Shown: one piece after another, positions 42,401 through 57,167 of the stretch
Numbering within the stretch: the stretch's first letter is position 1
How the letters are laid out: the number at the start of each line of letters is the position of its first letter
NCBI RefSeq assembly: GCF_006345805.1
Contig: NC_043015.1
Coordinates: 20,398,001 to 20,462,000, forward strand
Reading direction: 5' to 3'
From: Octopus sinensis
Taxonomy: Eukaryota
DNA: 64,000 nucleotides
The notes under the pieces: generated by a model
What the model was told of the DNA's origin: nothing
What the model saw: the letters and a program-made list of their open reading frames with translations, nothing else
The model's database searches: none
Made by a program: the position numbers and the translations under genes

Positions 42401-42405
42401 GCACT

Positions 42406-42478
<73 letters not shown>

Positions 42479-42544
42479 TCTATCAACCAATCAATGACAA
42501 CTGTATCTAGATGGAAACATAATGTCATGTCAATACATTCTTTC

Positions 42545-42992
<448 letters not shown>

Positions 42993-43530
42993 ATATAATA
43001 TGTTTATTTATACACACGTGTGTATACATAACTATTTATATACACATATCTACGTAAACAGAAGTATATAATACTCTTACATTTAGTTGGTGTGTGCGTG
43101 CGGGTGTATGTCTGCATGTGTGTTTGTGTGCGTGAGTGTTTGTATGAGGGCAAAAGTTTCTACATGATATATATCTAAACAGAACAGAGACACACACTCA
43201 TATAAAGTTACAAAAGAAGACGAATGCTCCAGCCTCCCACTCAACACAACACACACACACAAAACGACAACAGCAACAACAACAACAAACCAGCCGTTAT
43301 TTTGCGGCTTTAATGGCATAAAAATCTAGCGCACTTTTCATTGGTTTCATTTTATTTATTATTATTATTTTTTTTGTGTGTGTGTGTTTTTATATTTCAC
43401 AATACATTTATATCGCTGTTATTGTTATAGCAACAATCTCCGAGTTGTCAGCCATAATCACATCTTATTCTGTACATCCTTAGATAAATCGTTCAACATG
43501 TATTGATTAATATTATTATTATTATTATTG

Positions 43531-43594
<64 letters not shown>

Positions 43595-43749
43595 GCCACC
43601 CAACCCGCCTTTTGTTTAGTATGATGTTTGTTTACATCACTATCGCGCATTCATCTAACCGCTGTGAGACACTGCCTTGCTCTACATTTAGTATTGCTTC
43701 AACGGAAATACATAAATAAACAGACAAGAACAATAAAGTGAAAATTAAA

Positions 43750-43825
<76 letters not shown>

Positions 43826-44416
43826 TATGTATATATATGCGTGTATATATATATGTGTATGCATATATATGTATATATGTGTGTATATATATATGTATAT
43901 CTATATATGTGTAGATATATATATATATCAAAAACAACCCTGCATCAACAAATGGCGTTGATAGTGATGAGGAAGCACATCCGGTGCAAAATATTTTGGT
44001 CGAAAATCTGGTGAAATGTGATTCGCTTCACAGCTGATTGATACAAACATAGTTTTTGACAATGTCCTAACTATGTTGAATTGAAAATATCACTTCCTAT
44101 GGCTGATTCGCTTTATTTTGTTTCCTTTTTATTTCTGATTTGTTGTTTGTTTCAATATTATTGACCATATGTATTGTGTCGTTATATGGCTGCAAGCGTG
44201 CATAGTAGTATTTTGTATGTACTTTTGTGTGTTACATACGCGTGTATATTACTTCCTGTAAGTAGACATGAAGGGATATATGTGTATATAATTCTGTATG
44301 TATTGTGTGTATATATATATATATATAGTTATATATATATATATACACATACATATAGATACCTATATATTAAATATTATATATTATCTATCTATTTATC
44401 TATCTATCTATGTATA

Positions 44417-44618
<202 letters not shown>

Positions 44619-44799
44619 GTAGATATACATACTATATATGTCTTGGTCGGTTTTTTTCCTCCTTAAAACACTTTCAGTCGAAGAGCGAGGCTTGAAATGT
44701 AAAAGATCTTTCCATTCTTCCCAGTGTTAAACTAATTAAACCAATACACCTAAATGTTGTTCCTACACTTGTCTTCGTCTTTTGCTTTCTGTAAATTTG

Positions 44800-44834
<35 letters not shown>

Positions 44835-44867
44835 TGTGTATGTCATATATATTTACCTATAGGCGCA

Positions 44868-45033
44868 GGTGTGGTTAAGAAACTATCTTTACAACTTGTG
44901 TTTTCTGGTTCAGTCCCACTGCGCAACACCTTGGGCAAGTCTCTTCTATATCCCCGGGATGACTCATGCTTGATTTAATTTGGTAGAATGAAACTGTGAG
45001 GAAGCTCGTGATATGTAGACACATACTCATATA

Positions 45034-45076
<43 letters not shown>

Positions 45077-45210
45077 TATATATATATTATATATATGTAT
45101 ATATATATATACGTATGTGTGTGTTTTTATGTTTGTCACCCTCCACCAAATGGCAATCGGTGTTGGTTTGTTTACGTCCACATAACTTAGCGACCCGGCG
45201 AAAGAACTTA
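44868..45210 (+). mobile_element. Composite C/D SINE
   Basis: Head ataggcgcaggtgtggttaag...cagtcccactgcg, TA tract, tail gtttacgtccacataacttagcg. Confidence 0.75.
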
Positions 45211-45514
45211 TCACACACAAATGTATGTGTGTACGGTTATGTATATTGTATATATCTGATTCCGTTCTGTGGTTCCCCGTAGAACTGTCTTCATATAGTT
45301 CCAAGGTAACACACACGTTCATCTCTGACAAATGGATGCCCGTTCCTCGCACAACGCTGAGACTGAGACATTATAAACGGGTCCATCCCGACCATCCCCA
45401 CATTGGTCGGTTATTGCTGTGATGTTGTGTCCAACTCGAACTTATGTATAACTATGTAACCTGTTTGCATCTAATTGCATTTGCCCCTTAAATATGAACA
45501 CTTATTCTTTTCTA

Positions 45515-46125
45515 CTCTTGGCACAAGGTCCGAAAGTTTGGGAGAGGGGGCCAGTCGATTAGATTGACTTCAGTGTTTCACTGGTACTTAATTTATAGAC
45601 CCCGAAAGGATGAAAGGCAAAGTCGACCTCGGCGGAATTAGAACTCAGAACGTAAAGACAGACGAAATACTGCTAAGCATTTCGCTCGGCATGCTAATGT
45701 TTCTGCTAGCTTGCCGCCTTACAAAATGAATAGATATTTATTTATTTCTTTATTGCCCACAGGGGGCTAAACATAGAGGGGACAAACAACGATCCAAGTG
45801 CGTAACTGGTATTTATTTAATCGAAGTCGACCTCGTCGGAATTTGAAGTCACAACGTAAAGATAGACAAAATACCTATTTCTTTACTACCCAAAAGGGGC
45901 GACACACAGAAGGGACAAACAAGGACAGACAAACGGATTAAGTCGATTATATCGATTATATCGACCCCAGTGCGTAACTGGTACTTATTTAATCCACCCC
46001 GAAAGGATGAAAGGCAAAGTCGACCTCGGCGGAATTTGAACTCAGAACGTAGCGGTGGATAAAATACCGCTAAGCATTTAGCACGGTGTGCTATCGATTC
46101 TGCCAGCTCGCTGCCTTAAAAAATG
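45515..46125 (-). mobile_element. Tandem minus-strand family A SINEs with partial internal duplication
   Basis: cccgaaaggatgaaaggcaaagtcgacctcggcggaatt occurs at ~45601 and ~45998. A further partial copy lies at ~45795-45860. Confidence 0.85.
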
Positions 46126-46264
46126 AACAGATATTGTCTCAAGATGCGGTTCGGCTCTCCGTTTGCATGTCCGGCATAATTCTCAGACGATTTTGGATAT
46201 ACAGGCAAACTTTGATAGAAGTTCTTTCAGAAACTGCTGAATCGTTGTAAAGCAGATAAAGAAC

Positions 46265-46310
<46 letters not shown>

Positions 46311-46316
<6 letters not shown>

Positions 46317-46453
46317 TGTGTTGTAGGAAGCTTGATTCCCATTCACGTGGTCCCGGGTTAGGTTCCACTGCGTGGCACTTTAGGCAGTTCTCTCCTCTTA
46401 TAACCTGGGGAGACCAAAACCTTGTGAGTAGATTTCGTAGATGGAAGCCAGTC

Positions 46454-46492
<39 letters not shown>

Positions 46493-47235
46493 TAAGAAAG
46501 TTTGTTTGGTAAAGCACGTGGGTGAGTATATAAGAAAATAGTAAAGTGTGAAAAAACGACAGAAGGCTTAAATGTTAAAATATATATATATTTGTGTCAA
46601 AATGTCTGGAGAATATTGGAAAAATTTTTTTTCCCCTTTCCTTAAAATGACATAATTTTAAAATTTTTAAAGAAATTACCGGTTTCGCGTGTAGCTTTTC
46701 AAATTTCTTGTGACGTTATGTTTATATTGCATGGAATTATCGTTGTTTTTATTTCCAGGAGATTTCTAAATAAGGGGAGGTAGTGAGTGATTTTTTCCGG
46801 TGTAGGGGAGATAATCGCTTAAAATTTTTTTTTTTTCCCTTTTCCTTGTTAATTTCTCTGTGTCAGTATGTTCGGATGGTTGAGTCTGGGTTTGTACTTT
46901 TCAATGAAGAATGTTTCCTTGTTCAGTCTCATTTGTGTTGATGAGTGGAACCTAACCCGGGACCACGTGAATGTGAATCAAGCTTCCTACAACACATATT
47001 TATATATATATATATATTTATTTATTTATTTGTGTCTCTGTTTTTGTCCCCCACAACATCGCTTGGCAACCGATGTTGGTGTGTTTACACGTCTCTGTAA
47101 CTTACCGGTTCTGCAAAAGAGACCGATAAAATCAGTACTAGGATTACAATTAATAAGTCCTGCCATCGATTTTTTCGACTAAAGGCGGTGCTCCAGCATG
47201 GCTGCAGTCAAATGACTGAAACAAGTAACAGAATA
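46311..47235 (+). mobile_element. Composite C/D SINE interrupted by a PLE fragment and an inverted head copy
   Basis: C 46311-~46455, PLE 46490-46943, inverted head 46944-47002, D ~47035-47235. Confidence 0.8.
46490..46943 (-). mobile_element. PLE 3'-end fragment inserted in a SINE microsatellite
   Basis: Minus strand QMRLNKETFFIEKYKPRLN resembles the PLE GIY-YIG C-terminus (R..KE..FI.K..P.LN), followed by AT-rich UTR-like sequence. Confidence 0.55.
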
Positions 47236-47502
47236 AAAGAACATAGGAATAGAACGCTGTGGTTTAGCCATAGATTCTCTTTGTAGTTGAGATTTTTGTC
47301 GTATTCGTATTAACTGTACGCAAACACTCACTGATTTTAGTAATTAATGTATAGCACTAACGATTGTATTGTTAAGCAAATATGCCAATAGAGTGATTGT
47401 TGTTCACAGTAATTTTCAGAATAAGTCTTTATAACTGTCTGTCTGTCCCTCTTCAAGTGCATTTTTCTGTCTTCCACGTCTCTCTGTCAGTGCGGGGCGC
47501 AC

Positions 47503-47558
47503 AAAGCAAACTTTCCTGATGAACTGGTCATTAGTAACTCATCAGGAAAGTTTGCTTT
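47503..47558. repeat. Perfect 20-bp hairpin with a 16-nt loop
   Basis: aaagcaaactttcctgatga and tcatcaggaaagtttgcttt. Confidence 0.9.
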
Positions 47559-47655
47559 CTGCGACCCACATTCTTGATGAGATGGGAATGACCGGCGCTA
47601 CTAAACAAGATTGATCTCAAATCCTTTCAACAGAATGAGAAAAGGAACGAAAGTA

Positions 47656-47699
<44 letters not shown>

Positions 47700-48102
47700 A
47701 ACAAATACAGACAGGGATAGAGGGGGTCCTATGTGGCCGATTCCCTCATAAGTGCTGAATGTATGTGGATGTAACGATCTGTGTCAATCCATTTCAAATA
47801 TACAAACGTGTGTGTGTGTATACACACACACACACACACAATACATATATATATATATATATAAAAGCCAGACACGGAGTAACACACAATCCCCCACCAC
47901 TATCTCCCTCTCACACACACACGTGTATGTGTATGTGTACATACCTATATGTCACCGAGAAAATATGTTACTATCAAGAGATAATGAGCAAAACGTTGAA
48001 GGAGGATGTAGATAAGTGCGCTTTTCTATATACAAGCACACACACACACACACACATATATATATACTGATGTATACACGCATATTTACATATACACATA
48101 AG

Positions 48103-48138
<36 letters not shown>

Positions 48139-48265
48139 TTTATGTATGTATCTATCTAGCTATATAGCCATCTATCTATATATAGTCACACGCATGTATG
48201 TGCATATATACACGCAAGCATACATATTTACTGAGCTATGCATCCATCCATCCATCCATCCATCC

Positions 48266-48306
<41 letters not shown>

Positions 48307-48448
48307 CATATGTAATAGTGTGTGAGTATATATATATATATATATATCTATATTATATACATATATATATAATATATTCACACATACATACACACGCACA
48401 CATATATATGATATATACACAAGTAGTTAGATACACTCAAACGCATAC

Positions 48449-48520
<72 letters not shown>

Positions 48521-49117
48521 TATGCATGCATGTATATGTATATGTGTGTGTGTAATCAAAGTAAGCGAGAACGAATCAAGAAAACAAAGAGAAAATCATG
48601 CCCGTAAGCTTTATTGAGCAATAATAAATCACGTGATAAATAAATGTTTTATAACTTTCGCCCTAAAAACTCTATGACAAACTGCCAATCAAAAAAGCGA
48701 GCGTGGTGGCTTATAGTTTAAAGATGCCCAGGGGAGATAAGGACAAATTTTCGGTCGATTAATTCCGTTCTTTGATGTATAATCCCCATGAATAGAAGTT
48801 GAATGGAAAATTTACAATTAGAAGATAAATGGAAGTTTTAGTGTTTGCTTACTTGTATATTTTTGGTTTGTTTATGTTAAATTATGTTTGTTTTTATTCA
48901 TTTTTGTGGTTCTGTCTTCTGTTATATATTTATAACCAGGAGCAAACACATAGATACACATACACATACTAATGTATATATATACAGACATACATATACT
49001 TATGTGTATATATATACGAGGAGAGAGAGAGGGGGGAGAGAGATATATGTATGTGTGTATATATTATATACATATATATACAAAATATGCACATATATAT
49101 ATACTTACACTCAAGCA

Positions 49118-49151
<34 letters not shown>

Positions 49152-49462
49152 TGTGCACATATATGTACGTAAGCTTTCGATTAAATGCACACAGACACGC
49201 ACATGTCTAGCTATCCATCTTACTATGTCGTTAGCTGCTTCGCTTTGAGCTAACATATAAGTACGGCTAGTTTTATACAGACTGACGTAAGAATGAATAT
49301 GTTAATAATAGTAGGCATCTTGTCTTGTCATATTTCTGGAGACTGTTGTATATATTCCCCAAATTAAGAAGCTTGGCTGTACTTAAGATTTTCAATATAT
49401 AGAAACGTACACCAAGACAGATTTAGATACATACCCACTAACATACTGATTAGGTATGTACT

Positions 49463-49494
<32 letters not shown>

Positions 49495-50020
49495 TTCATA
49501 GATATGTATACGTATAAACATATAGAATATATAGTAAATATGCTAGATGTATATGTGTGCATAGTATATCTACCTTATAAATCTACGTCTATATGCATGT
49601 ACATGCATGCACACTCGTATACATGCATGGAAACTAAACAGTTTTTTTTCCACAATAAAATATCCCGTACCGGTTTCAAATCTGATAGAATGTAATCATT
49701 CTAATACACGTGTCTAATGACTGGCTGTCAGCCTTTAATTGAAATATACCATAATGCATCGAGTGGGATTTGTCTTTCCATGTACACCGTAAATGACAAA
49801 AGAAGTAACGGTTAATACGTTATCATATATTAATATAAAATTACGGCCGATAGTTATATTTTCGCAAATTTTGAAATTTGGAGATAAAATTCAAGATTAA
49901 ATGAGGTAATTTTCTATTCATTAACATTTACTTTTTGTAACGACTGGATGCCAATTTTCAGCAGCCTCTCTTTTTCCTTCTTCACCTCTTTCTGTCTGTG
50001 TTGTGCGTGTATTCTTTCCG

Positions 50021-50341
50021 TGGAGTTCATCGTTGTGTTTTAGAAGTTTCAAAGTAGCCAGAATACATCTCTCGTCAGGTCTGAACGGACAAGATTTGTG
50101 TGTGTCTATGTGCGTGTGTGTGTGTATTTTTTTTTTGTGCTGCAACAACGATTAAGCCCCTGGATGATACAGTTCTATATGTAAGAGATGTGGAATTATG
50201 TACATTATTTGCATATGTTTGTTGTTAACAGATTATTTCGGCTGATATACCCTCCGGCTTTCATCAGGTATCTTGGGGACATTTTGAACCTGGATTCTCG
50301 TTCCTAAGGTATTTTTCGATATTATTATTATTATATTATTA

Positions 50342-50377
<36 letters not shown>

Positions 50378-50540
50378 TCAGGTCCCTGCCTGGAATCGAA
50401 CTCGGAATCTTGGTGTTAGTAGCCCGCGCTCTTAACCACTACGCTATATGGTCCTGGAGTTCATCGTTGTAGACCATATGTTTTAGAAGTTTTTAAGAAG
50501 CCAGAATACATCTCTCATAAGGTCTGAACGGACAAGATTT
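50021..50540 (+). repeat. Diverged ~80-bp direct repeat (50021-50097, 50455-50540) bracketing the family E SINE
   Basis: tggagttcatcgttgt...agccagaatacatctctc..aggtctgaacggacaagattt occurs twice. Confidence 0.85.
50170..50450 (-). mobile_element. Near-complete family E SINE: tRNA-like head, internal (AAT)n, hammerhead-type tail
   Basis: Minus-strand head catatagcgtagtggttaagagcgcgggctactaacaccaagattccgagttcgattcc has A- and B-box-like motifs. The tail matches 1690-1845, and its hammerhead motif is degenerate (stem II mismatch, GAAAT). Confidence 0.85.
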
Positions 50541-50571
50541 CTGTTTCTGTGCGTGTGTGTCTGTGTGTGCG

Positions 50572-50627
<56 letters not shown>

Positions 50628-51463
50628 AGAGAGATAGAGAGAGAGATAGAGAGAGAGTCGATCTCAATATTGGAGACCAGGACCTTGGCCATTACAAAAG
50701 AAAGAGTTGAACTTGACCACAACGTGGTGTGAACTCAGACTATCAGAGAATCGGTTTGTAAACGCAATTCCTTCTTGTTGAAGCTCGAACGATTTTTCAA
50801 CTTGTCTACATACGTGTGCACGCGCATTTTGTTGGTCATAACGCTTCGATAAACATTACAGTATGTATATAAATATATGCGTATATGTGTGTGTATCTAT
50901 AAATGTATATAAACGTTTGTGTGTGTATATATAAGTATATGTATATAGATATGGCTATGTGTATACATTTATATGCACAAACATGTCTGTATGTGAGTAT
51001 GTATGTATGTATTTATGTATAAGCTACTTATCAAGACAAAGGCGAGTCTGTGTCTCTAAGTATAATGCAAATTAAAATACATACCTATCTAAACAAGAAA
51101 AAATGTAAATATTACACTAAAAACAAAAAAAAAGCTTCCATAAAATAAACAAATAACATAACCTAAAATAATTCCCATAAAAGCCACATATACAGATAAC
51201 GAATAAAATATATTTTAATTCCTGAATCAACTGGAAGTAAATCAAATACCAACATCCGTTCGAGATGGTTGCAGAGAAAAGTCGCAGATTGTGTTGCTGC
51301 TCGAGGAATTATTGTTTGTGTGACAACATAATCTGTGTTAAGTTTTCACCAACACGTACCGAGGATTGCCACAACCATCTGCTATTTAGTCTCTGCTATT
51401 CAAATTCACCGATAGTTTACTTCGTATCTTTCCAGCTTGCGTTTATTATTATTAACATTATTA

Positions 51464-51531
<68 letters not shown>

Positions 51532-51702
51532 GTTATTATTATTATTATTATTATTACAGTTAGTAGTTTGTTACCAGTGGAAGAATTCAATGAATTAAAT
51601 TTGTAAAAATAAGAAAAGAGAAATGTGGAAATATGTGTGTGTATCTACACGCCCAAGATCATATACTGGAAAATTACGTTATATATGCATATAACTGTGT
51701 CT

Positions 51703-51812
<110 letters not shown>

Positions 51813-52414
51813 TACATATGCATATGTATATACTTATACATACATGTATATGCATACATATACGTACATCCGTGTGTCTGATTGTGTATGTACAGGTGTG
51901 TACGGGTGTAACTGGCCATTTTGTGTGCATATATATACATACATGCATACATGCATACATATATATATACAATTATATGTATACATATACATTTATCCGC
52001 ATACATACACATATATATGTTTTGTATGTGTGTGTCTGTATATATATATTCTTTCGTATACACGCATACTGGCCAAACTTGAAATCTTTTCTATGGTAGC
52101 CAGCTATTTAAAACAAATACTGTTTATTTATATAGTTATTACGGTCGAGCAATGTTTTATGTTTTTATTTATTTGTTTCTAGTTGCTATGTTAAAACCAA
52201 AATTCTATGCAAATAAGATATGGTCTGTGTTACTGTAACGTAAATTCCTTGAAATGAATTAGTATTTCGGCAAAGAGCATTGAATAAATGAGTAGATTAA
52301 ATATGAAGTTTGTGGATGACCAATTCGATATTGTATTAGATAAAAGAAAATCATGAAATGGTGGGAACTTGTTGGGGATTTGTTTCGTTTGCAGATATTT
52401 TTCTACACCTGATT

Positions 52415-52775
52415 TAGTATGGTTGTGTGTTTAAGAAGTTAGCTTCCTGATCATGTTATTTCGAGTTCAGTCTCATTGCACTTCTCATCGCCTTGGGTAA
52501 ATTGTTTTCGGTTACAAATACTGATCTTGCGAGTGAATTTGTTAGCTGGAAACCATGTGGAAGTCCGTCGTGTTCATGTGTGTGTGTGTGTGTTTGATCT
52601 TGACCCACTGCTTGACAACCGGCTTATCTACGTCCCACAAACGTAATAGCTTAGCAAAGACAATCCATGGAATACAAGACTTTAAAAAATTAAGAAATGG
52701 CGTCAGTTTGTTCGACTAACCCTTTCAAGACCGTGCCCCAGCATGGACACAATGCCATAACTGAGACAAGTAAAA
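52415..52775 (+). mobile_element. Diverged composite C/D SINE
   Basis: C-like head, (GT)n and D-like tail (gcttgacaaccgg, gtgccccagcatgg). Confidence 0.65.
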
Positions 52776-53231
52776 GAACTGTTAGAAACCGGGTAGGATT
52801 AGAATAGAAAAAATCGGAATATATATACATATTTGCGTGTGTACACACACACGCACAGTAATTTATAATTTTATGCCAATTTATATATGTAAAAACGATT
52901 TAGCATTAAACTAAAGAATAACTCAATGCCTTATTAATCTCTATTAAATTTTACAAGCGAGTTGACAATGACTTCGAACTTCGGCTTGTTAGCTTTCGTC
53001 AGCCATAGTATTTATATGCAGATACACTAAGCGAATTAGTCATTAGAGCATTGGACAGAACGCTTCGAGGTATATTTCCTTACTCTCAGTGGGGGTTCAC
53101 ATCCTGTTGAGGTGCTGTTTACTTTTCAGCTTGTGTTTGTGTATGTTTATGTATGTATGATGGTGTACGTAAAAATATTTGCCTCAAGGAAGCCAGTATG
53201 GCTTGAAGGAACATTGACTATTATTTGTTGT

Positions 53232-53420
53232 AAGGCGGCGAGCTGGCAGAATCGCTAGCAAACCGGGCAAAACGCTTTACGGCATTTCGTCTGTCTTCAC
53301 TTTCTGAGTTCAAATTCCGCCGAGGTCAACTTTGCCTTTCATCCTTTCGGGATCGATAAATTAAGTACCAGTGAAACACTGGGGTCCTTGAAATCGACTG
53401 GTTCTCCCTCCCCAAAATTT
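53232..53420 (+). mobile_element. Full-length family A SINE
   Basis: aaggcggcgagctggcagaatcg...ttctgagttcaaattccgccgaggtcaac...aaattaagtaccagtg. Confidence 0.9.
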
Positions 53421-53519
53421 CAGGAAAGGATTATTTGTTGCAAGTCGAACAACTACGCAGGTGACTCTTCCTTTAGCTCGTTAAGCTTGTGTTCGCATAT
53501 TTGGGAATCCTGGAATCTA

Positions 53520-54430
53520 ACCAATCTTCTGTACTCGATCCTAGTCTCGTGGATATGGTGCTGTGTCGACAGTTCGTGCCACTACTTTGGCAAGAAATTA
53601 CGCAGCAAACCTCTTAAAATTGATATTGATAGAACCTACCTCACAGAAATACATGGTGCAACGGTCATCTTACAAATCGAAAATAATATATTATCTATCG
53701 GTAACGATATTGGTTTTAGAAAAAAGACCGAGGAGCAAGCCAGGTTAGGATGATTGCTGTAATAACGAAAAAGGACAAACGAAAACAAAACAATAACATA
53801 TATTCTTCTTTTGGATATGAGGAAGTTATAAAGTACAAGATGGAAGCCAACTACATTGTGGTAAAAAGGTTTATATGAATAGAAAACAGGAGAAAATTAA
53901 AAAGAATCGGAACTCCATAAAATGCAATGGAATGAATAGAGAGAAAAGTTCTTGAAGCTTAATATTATGCAAGACTGAACAGAAAGGAAGTGAGCCATTA
54001 TGAAAGCTAACAATGGCTGAAAAAGCCCTGGAGAAAAGTCAGAAACGGGAGGTCTGGCTTTTACTTTCATAATATTAATGGCTAACAAAAGTGAAATAAT
54101 ACAATAAGAGACTAACATTAACTGTGGACCATAAAGACTACATAAAATTTATATAAAAACACCATCAATGAATTACATCGCATCCGGTTGCTCAGTCTTT
54201 GCAAAATTAAAATATATTTTCGGGTATGTCCACCGGGAATGTAGTTGTGTCCAGTGGGATACAGCAGCATCAAAATTGCTGATAATAAATCATGTGAACA
54301 AGAAACCCAACAAAATTTGTGAATTTGATATAGTTTCGATTGTCTGGGATGAACGAGTCCGATCCAATCTGATAAGGAGTTCAAAACCACCTGATGAGAC
54401 ACTAAAATCAAAAGGGGAACAGAAAAGAAA
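53520..54430 (+). mobile_element. Decayed R4/Dong-like LINE fragment
   Basis: DIDRTYLTEIHGATVILQIE (similar to DVDRLYLPR..GGRGL.QIE), NYIASGCSVFAKLKYI and VSIVWDERVRSNLIRSSKPPD. Confidence 0.7.
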
Positions 54431-54899
54431 TGAACAGAAAGATGAAACCAAAAAATTATCTCTGTATACATGATGGTGGATCATCGTCGTTCGACGAGGA
54501 GGATTCAATAGTTAAGTCATTTGAAATAACTGCTCCTGAATTAATGTGTATTCCACATACATGTATACCATTCAGACAGAATCGGTGTGATAGTGTATGA
54601 CAAGGGTGTCCCTTTTGAATTACAGATACAATTCACTTTTATAGTCTTCTGTAAAACCTCTACTCATTTTCAATCACAAATTATGGTAACAGAGAATTAA
54701 ATTTGCCCAAGATGCCAAAGTGTGAGGACGAACCTGGACATTGTGGTCCGTGACGAACTTATTTAACATTCGTCCTACCACTAACAATTGTAACCTCTTC
54801 CTTCTTGTTCGCATCTCCCCAGAACTAGTCCTGGGCAAAACATTAATTTCTATCCGGTGGTAAGGCCCTAGCTTGGTAATTCGAGAGTTTAGAGGAATA

Positions 54900-55570
54900 G
54901 GAATTTAATTTTTAGGTCACCATTACTGCCAGGTATGCTCTGACCGCAATGGTATCTGCCAAATGCACCAGTAATGGGTCAAATAGTAGAAGATAGTTTT
55001 GGGACTAAAACAAAGAAAACTTGGAGGCAAGCTGATTTGTAAACATGTGTCCAGGGCATACATCACTTTGTTGACAAGCCTTGATGTCACGTGACTACTC
55101 TCCTTACATAAGAACTAAATATATCCTGTGTTTTTAGAGTAAGCTTGGGAGAATAGGAGACGAACAAGGCAAACTGGATTTAAGCCAGTAGTAGACAATG
55201 GGTGATCATTACTGTTTTCTCTGTAGATGGTCGCAGACATATTTGTAAATGGTTCTAGAGGTGCTGCTGTTTAAAGAATTCTACCCATCCCACGATATTT
55301 GCCTTGATCATGGGGCTAGGAATACATCCATATGAAGTTTAAAATGACATCAATAAGTCCTTGGTGTTTTATTCAAAAATACAAGTCGTATTCATGATGC
55401 AGTTACCCATGGACTGGGTTTGCAGAGGACAAGATTCATCTTCCAATGATTAGTGAAACTAAGACAAAATATACGAAGATTATTTCTACAAGGAAAGATG
55501 AAAGGCAAACGCCTGAGTGGAAGACGCCTGGAGGCATGGTACGTCAAAAATATAAGAGATAAAAGAAACA
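54900..55570 (+). mobile_element. Non-LTR RT / RTE-like remnants
   Basis: LQGKMKGKRLSGRRLEAW near 55490 resembles the RTE motif LQGKIEGKR.RGRPR..W. Upstream RT-like similarity is weak. Confidence 0.4.
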
Positions 55571-56527
55571 AAACGCGGTGAAGACGAGATTATTTCATTT
55601 CCTACAGTAAAGGTTCGAACAAATGTCGTGATAGACGAAATAATGTTAGAGATGATAATGATGGCAATGGAGTAAACGATGATGGTACAGAAAAGGGACA
55701 ACAGAACAAACGATGATGGTACAGAGAAGGGATAATGGAGGAAACAATGCTGGTGACGAATCAACAGGGAAGCTTCTACGGCGTTAGTCGAGTGTTAGAA
55801 ACAGCTGTTAAATCTTCCTCAAATCACAACCACATTGTGCAGTCTAAAAAAGCAGATCGCATTTGATAATGTAGTAGATTGTAAACTGAGAGTCGCCCAG
55901 TGGTTCATGGTTGGAATATTTTCTTTAATAGATTGTAGATGATTAGAGGTGCCTGGCAGGGGTGGTGGTGGAATTAAACAACGACGACAACAACAACAAC
56001 AACAGCAAAATTGTGATTATGGGACAAGAATGAAGCATCTATGTGAACGCTTGCCATTTTATTAATGACAATTTGCCTCAAAATTGCACTTTATCATTTT
56101 ATATATTAAAAGACAGACACGTCAGACAATGCGTTCTATATATAAACTAAAACATGTGAGAGTGTCACGGCTGGAATGCTCTTGGTCATGAGCCTCTTGG
56201 ATCAGAGCCGACAGCAGCATGTGTGTGTACGTGTGTGTGTGGATAAACACCATTAACAACACCTCATATCACTGTAGTTTGATGAATGTTGCTGCGGTTG
56301 ATGCTGATGATGATAAAAAAAATTGCGAATTAACAAACAAACAACAAACAAGTCAAAAACCTCTGATACAAATTTCTAGAAAAGAGAACAAAATACACCC
56401 ACCCCACATTCCAACCACAAACACACCCAGGCACCCAGAAACATTTAAAATTATTATTTGATTATTTTCCTATACTTTATTATTATCATTATAAATTATT
56501 ATTATTACTATTATTGCTATTATATAA

Positions 56528-56584
<57 letters not shown>

Positions 56585-56809
56585 TATTATTATTATTATT
56601 ATTATTATTGTGATTATTATTATTATTGCCTTTCGACAAATTTTCAACAATTTACCATTCTCTAGTAGAAGTGAACCAATTGAAGAGAAGAATAAAATAG
56701 AAATGGTAATATAACTCGACATTGCAGCAGAAATACGTCATAGCTACAGAAATGGGCGCCAGACATTTCCTGTTTTCGTTATTTAAATCAGTAAAACTTT
56801 AATGAAAAA

Positions 56810-56899
<90 letters not shown>

Positions 56900-57080
56900 C
56901 ATATATACATATATATATGTATGTATATATACATATATATGTATATATACATATATATATATATGCATATATATATACGTATATATACACGTATATATAC
57001 ATACATATATACACACATATATATATATAAATACATATATAATATATATATATATACATACATATATACATAATACATAC

Positions 57081-57133
<53 letters not shown>

Positions 57134-57134
57134 G

Positions 57135-57167
<33 letters not shown>

